From the NCBI GenBank assembly GCA_902774845.1, contig CACYJU010000005.1, positions 22,050 to 86,049 on the forward strand: a stretch of 64,000 nucleotides of DNA. The letters run 5' to 3'. The position numbers were made by a program, and so were the translations under genes. The notes below the pieces were generated by a model, which saw only the letters and a program-made list of their open reading frames with translations, made no database searches and was not told the origin of the DNA. Shown in pieces: positions 62,000 through 64,000 of the stretch. How positions within the stretch are numbered: position 1 is the first letter of the stretch; every line of letters begins with the position of its first letter. Source of the stretch: an uncultured Bacteroidota bacterium. Lineage in GTDB: Bacteria > Bacteroidota > Bacteroidia > Bacteroidales > P3.

Positions 62000-62947
62000 T
62001 TGAAACCTAGAGTTGTTTTTATGGGGACACCCGATTTCGCGGTGTTGTCGCTGGAGGCGATAGTCAAGGCTGGGTATGAGGTGGCAGCGGTGGTGACGGT
62101 TCCTGACCGCAAGGTGGGCAGAGGCCAGAAGGTGGCCTTCTCGCCGGTGAAGAACTATGCGTTGGAACATAACCTCCCGCTGTTGCAGCCAGAAAAGCTG
62201 CGGGATGAGGATTTCATAGGACGGCTGAGGGAGATAGGTGCAGACCTTTTTGTCGTGGTAGCGTTCAGGATGTTGCCACAGGTGGTGTGGAGCATGCCGA
62301 AGATGGGGACATTCAACCTGCACGCCTCCTTGTTGCCACAATACCGAGGAGCGGCACCCATAAACTGGGCAATAATAAATGGAGAGAAAGAGACGGGTGT
62401 GACCACCTTCTTGCTGAACGAGAGAATCGACGAAGGGGGCTTGCTGATGCAGAGGAGTACGCCGATAAGTGAGAACGAGACAGCGGAGACGCTGCATGAC
62501 AGGCTGGCAGAGATGGGTGCGGAGATGGTGGTGGAGACCATCAAAGGATTGGAAGATGGGAGCTTGAAGGCACGCCCGCAAGTTGAATGCGACAACCTGA
62601 AGCCGGCACCTAAGATATTTAAGGAAGACTGTGTGATAGACTGGAGCAGAGGAGGAGAGGATATAGAAAGGTTCGTGAGAGGGTTGAGTCCATATCCGTC
62701 GGCGATGACGGTGATGAGTGACGAAGGAGGGGGAGTCCACTCATTTAAGATATATGAAGTGAGCTATGAGAAAGCCGTGGGATACGTTGAAGGAGCGGTT
62801 GAAAGTGATGGAAAAACATGTTTAAAGGTAGGTTGCAAAGACGGATGCATCAGTATTTTGAGCCTTCAGATAGAGGGAAAACGCAGAAATTCGATAGAAG
62901 AATTCTTGAGAGGTAGCCGTGTAAATAGCTGGAAAATAGTAAAATAG
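62000..62947 (+). CDS. fmt: Methionyl-tRNA formyltransferase
   Basis: VVFMGTPDFAV, and NLHASLLPQYRGAAPINWAIINGE. The TTG start preserves the conserved N-terminal strand. Confidence 0.92.
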   Translation: MKPRVVFMGTPDFAVLSLEAIVKAGYEVAAVVTVPDRKVGRGQKVAFSPVKNYALEHNLPLLQPEKLRDEDFIGRLREIGADLFVVVAFRMLPQVVWSMPKMGTFNLHASLLPQYRGAAPINWAIINGEKETGVTTFLLNERIDEGGLLMQRSTPISENETAETLHDRLAEMGAEMVVETIKGLEDGSLKARPQVECDNLKPAPKIFKEDCVIDWSRGGEDIERFVRGLSPYPSAMTVMSDEGGGVHSFKIYEVSYEKAVGYVEGAVESDGKTCLKVGCKDGCISILSLQIEGKRRNSIEEFLRGSRVNSWKIVK

Positions 62948-63013
62948 AGAAGATTGTTAATTTCGTGTGAAAATATTTTATTTTTTTTCTTGCATGATAA
63001 TCAAACATTTTCA

Positions 63014-63021
63014 TATATTTG
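63014..63021 (+). promoter_or_regulatory. -7 promoter box TAtaTTTG upstream of hup
   Basis: tcaTATATTTGcaagcg. Confidence 0.55.
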
Positions 63022-63068
63022 CAAGCGAAAAAGAATACAATTATTAACCATTTAAAAAACAAAATCAA

Positions 63069-63332
63069 ATGAACAAAACTGAACTCATCAGCGCAATCGC
63101 AGCAAAAGGTGGTCTGACAAAGACCGATGCTAAAAAAGCTTTGGACGCTTTCGTAGAGGTTACCAAAGGTGGTCTGAAAAAAGGTGACAAAATCGCTATC
63201 CTTGGTTTCGGTACCTTCAGCGTAGCTCAGCGTAAAGCTCGCACCGGTATCAACCCCGCTACCGGCAAGAGCATGAAGATCAAAGCTAAGAAAGTTGCTA
63301 AATTCAAACCCGGTAAGGGCCTCGCTCTCTAA
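63069..63332 (+). CDS. hup: HU-family DNA-binding protein
   Basis: MNKTELISAIA ... GFGTFSVAQRKARTGINPATG. Confidence 0.93.
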   Translation: MNKTELISAIAAKGGLTKTDAKKALDAFVEVTKGGLKKGDKIAILGFGTFSVAQRKARTGINPATGKSMKIKAKKVAKFKPGKGLAL

Positions 63333-63353
63333 GCTAAATCTTAATCAAAAAAG

Positions 63354-63383
63354 AAAAGCCTGTTGGTTATCCAGCAGGCTTTT
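63354..63383. terminator. Bidirectional terminator between convergent hup and DUF4159 genes
   Basis: AAAAGCCTGTTGG-ttat-CCAGCAGGCTTTT. Confidence 0.7.
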
Positions 63384-63384
63384 C

Positions 63385-64000
63385 TTAGTTTTTGTTGAAT
63401 ACAAATTGTAGTATGTTGGCACCCATCTGAAGGGCTTTGAGGTGGGATGCCGGACTGTCGTTGTGGACATCGATATCCTCCCAGCCGTCGCCCAGGTCGC
63501 ACTCCCAGGTGAAGAGGCAAACCATCCGACCTTCATGGAAGATGGCGAAGGCTTTGGGCGGCATGTTGTCATGCTCGTGTATCTTAGGCAGTCCGTGAGG
63601 GAAGTCGTATTTCTGATGGAAGATAGGGTGGGAGTATGGCAGCTCGACCCATTTCTCTTCGGGGAACACTTTCTGCATCTGAGCCATGGCGAACTCCTTG
63701 AGGCCGTAGTTGTCGTCGATATGCAGGAATCCGCCGCTGACAAGATAGGTGCGGAGGTTGTCTATGTCTTGAGGAGAGAAGACGATATTGCCGTGTCCGG
63801 TGATATGGACGAAAGGGTAGTTGAGTATGTCGGCGCTGCCTACATCGATGGTGGCATACTGAGGGTTGAGGTTCATGTTGAGTTGAGAGTTGCAGAACCC
63901 TATGAGGTTTGTGAGGGAAGTGGGGTTGGCATACCAGTCGCCGCCACCATTATATTTAAGAAGCGCAATCTGAGTCTGGGCGTGAGCGGAGCAGGAGCAG
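63385..64000 (-). CDS. DUF4159-like protein (5' end beyond the window edge)
   Basis: The frame stays open upstream of the M at 63876: ...IALLKYNGGGDWYANPTSLTNLIGFCNSQLNMNLNPQ. GGGDWY and HITGHGNIVFS fit my recollection of DUF4159. Confidence 0.6.
   Translation of the reverse strand, partial: CSCSAHAQTQIALLKYNGGGDWYANPTSLTNLIGFCNSQLNMNLNPQYATIDVGSADILNYPFVHITGHGNIVFSPQDIDNLRTYLVSGGFLHIDDNYGLKEFAMAQMQKVFPEEKWVELPYSHPIFHQKYDFPHGLPKIHEHDNMPPKAFAIFHEGRMVCLFTWECDLGDGWEDIDVHNDSPASHLKALQMGANILQFVFNKN

Overview
This window looks like a Bacteroidales chromosome segment. It has many TAnnTTTG -7 promoter boxes, no Shine-Dalgarno sites, and PorT-like, DUF1573, DUF4159 and sigma-54 genes.

Positions 1-24150 form a mosaic accessory island that looks defence-related. 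Visibly AT-rich cassettes alternate with GC-normal genes of the kind carried on Bacteroidales conjugative elements (DnaQ-like exonuclease, AAA+ ATPase, DUF932, FtsK-like ATPase, RhuM/Doc, WYL regulators). I found no integrase, transposase, tra genes, CRISPR array or rRNA.

The most interesting content of the island is:
- A truncated GmrSD-like (DUF1524) nuclease is followed by a single-HKD PLD nuclease. Degenerate 5' and 3' fragments of a second PLD copy bracket about 7.3 kb.
- Five ORFs plus one remnant show a uracil-DNA-glycosylase-superfamily-like motif order. One overlaps the PLD gene, three sit in tandem, and one lies in a separate AT-rich islet near tRNA-Gln.
- An AT-rich operon encodes a small zinc-ribbon/TM protein and three consecutive PD-(D/E)xK nuclease-like proteins, divergent from a WYL regulator.
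- An orphan promoter leads into a 13-unit, 11-bp phased repeat array and then a terminator, all between two convergent WYL paralogs.
- A terminator-promoter-leader module occurs three times, and a CCGTTGCA 8-mer inverted-repeat structure lies upstream of the FtsK-like gene.

Positions 24250-64000 are core housekeeping genes: dnaE, GSCFA, ddl, a radical SAM gene, uvrB, ansA, an M16 peptidase, a membrane/GH5 fusion, an aminotransferase, ftsE, rlmH, a BNR sialidase-like gene, rsgA, DUF1846, rpoN, an M23/LysM peptidase, ribH, fmt and hup. There are also tRNA-Cys(GCA), tRNA-Gln(UUG) and tRNA-Gly(CCC).

Across the whole window, intergenic spacers are filled with short-period (7, 8, 9 or 11 bp) degenerate tandem arrays, often starting at or containing the stop codon of the upstream gene. 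The rpoN ORF has no stop codon of its own and runs in frame into the M23/LysM peptidase gene.

All functional calls rest on motifs read from the translations. No database search was possible.
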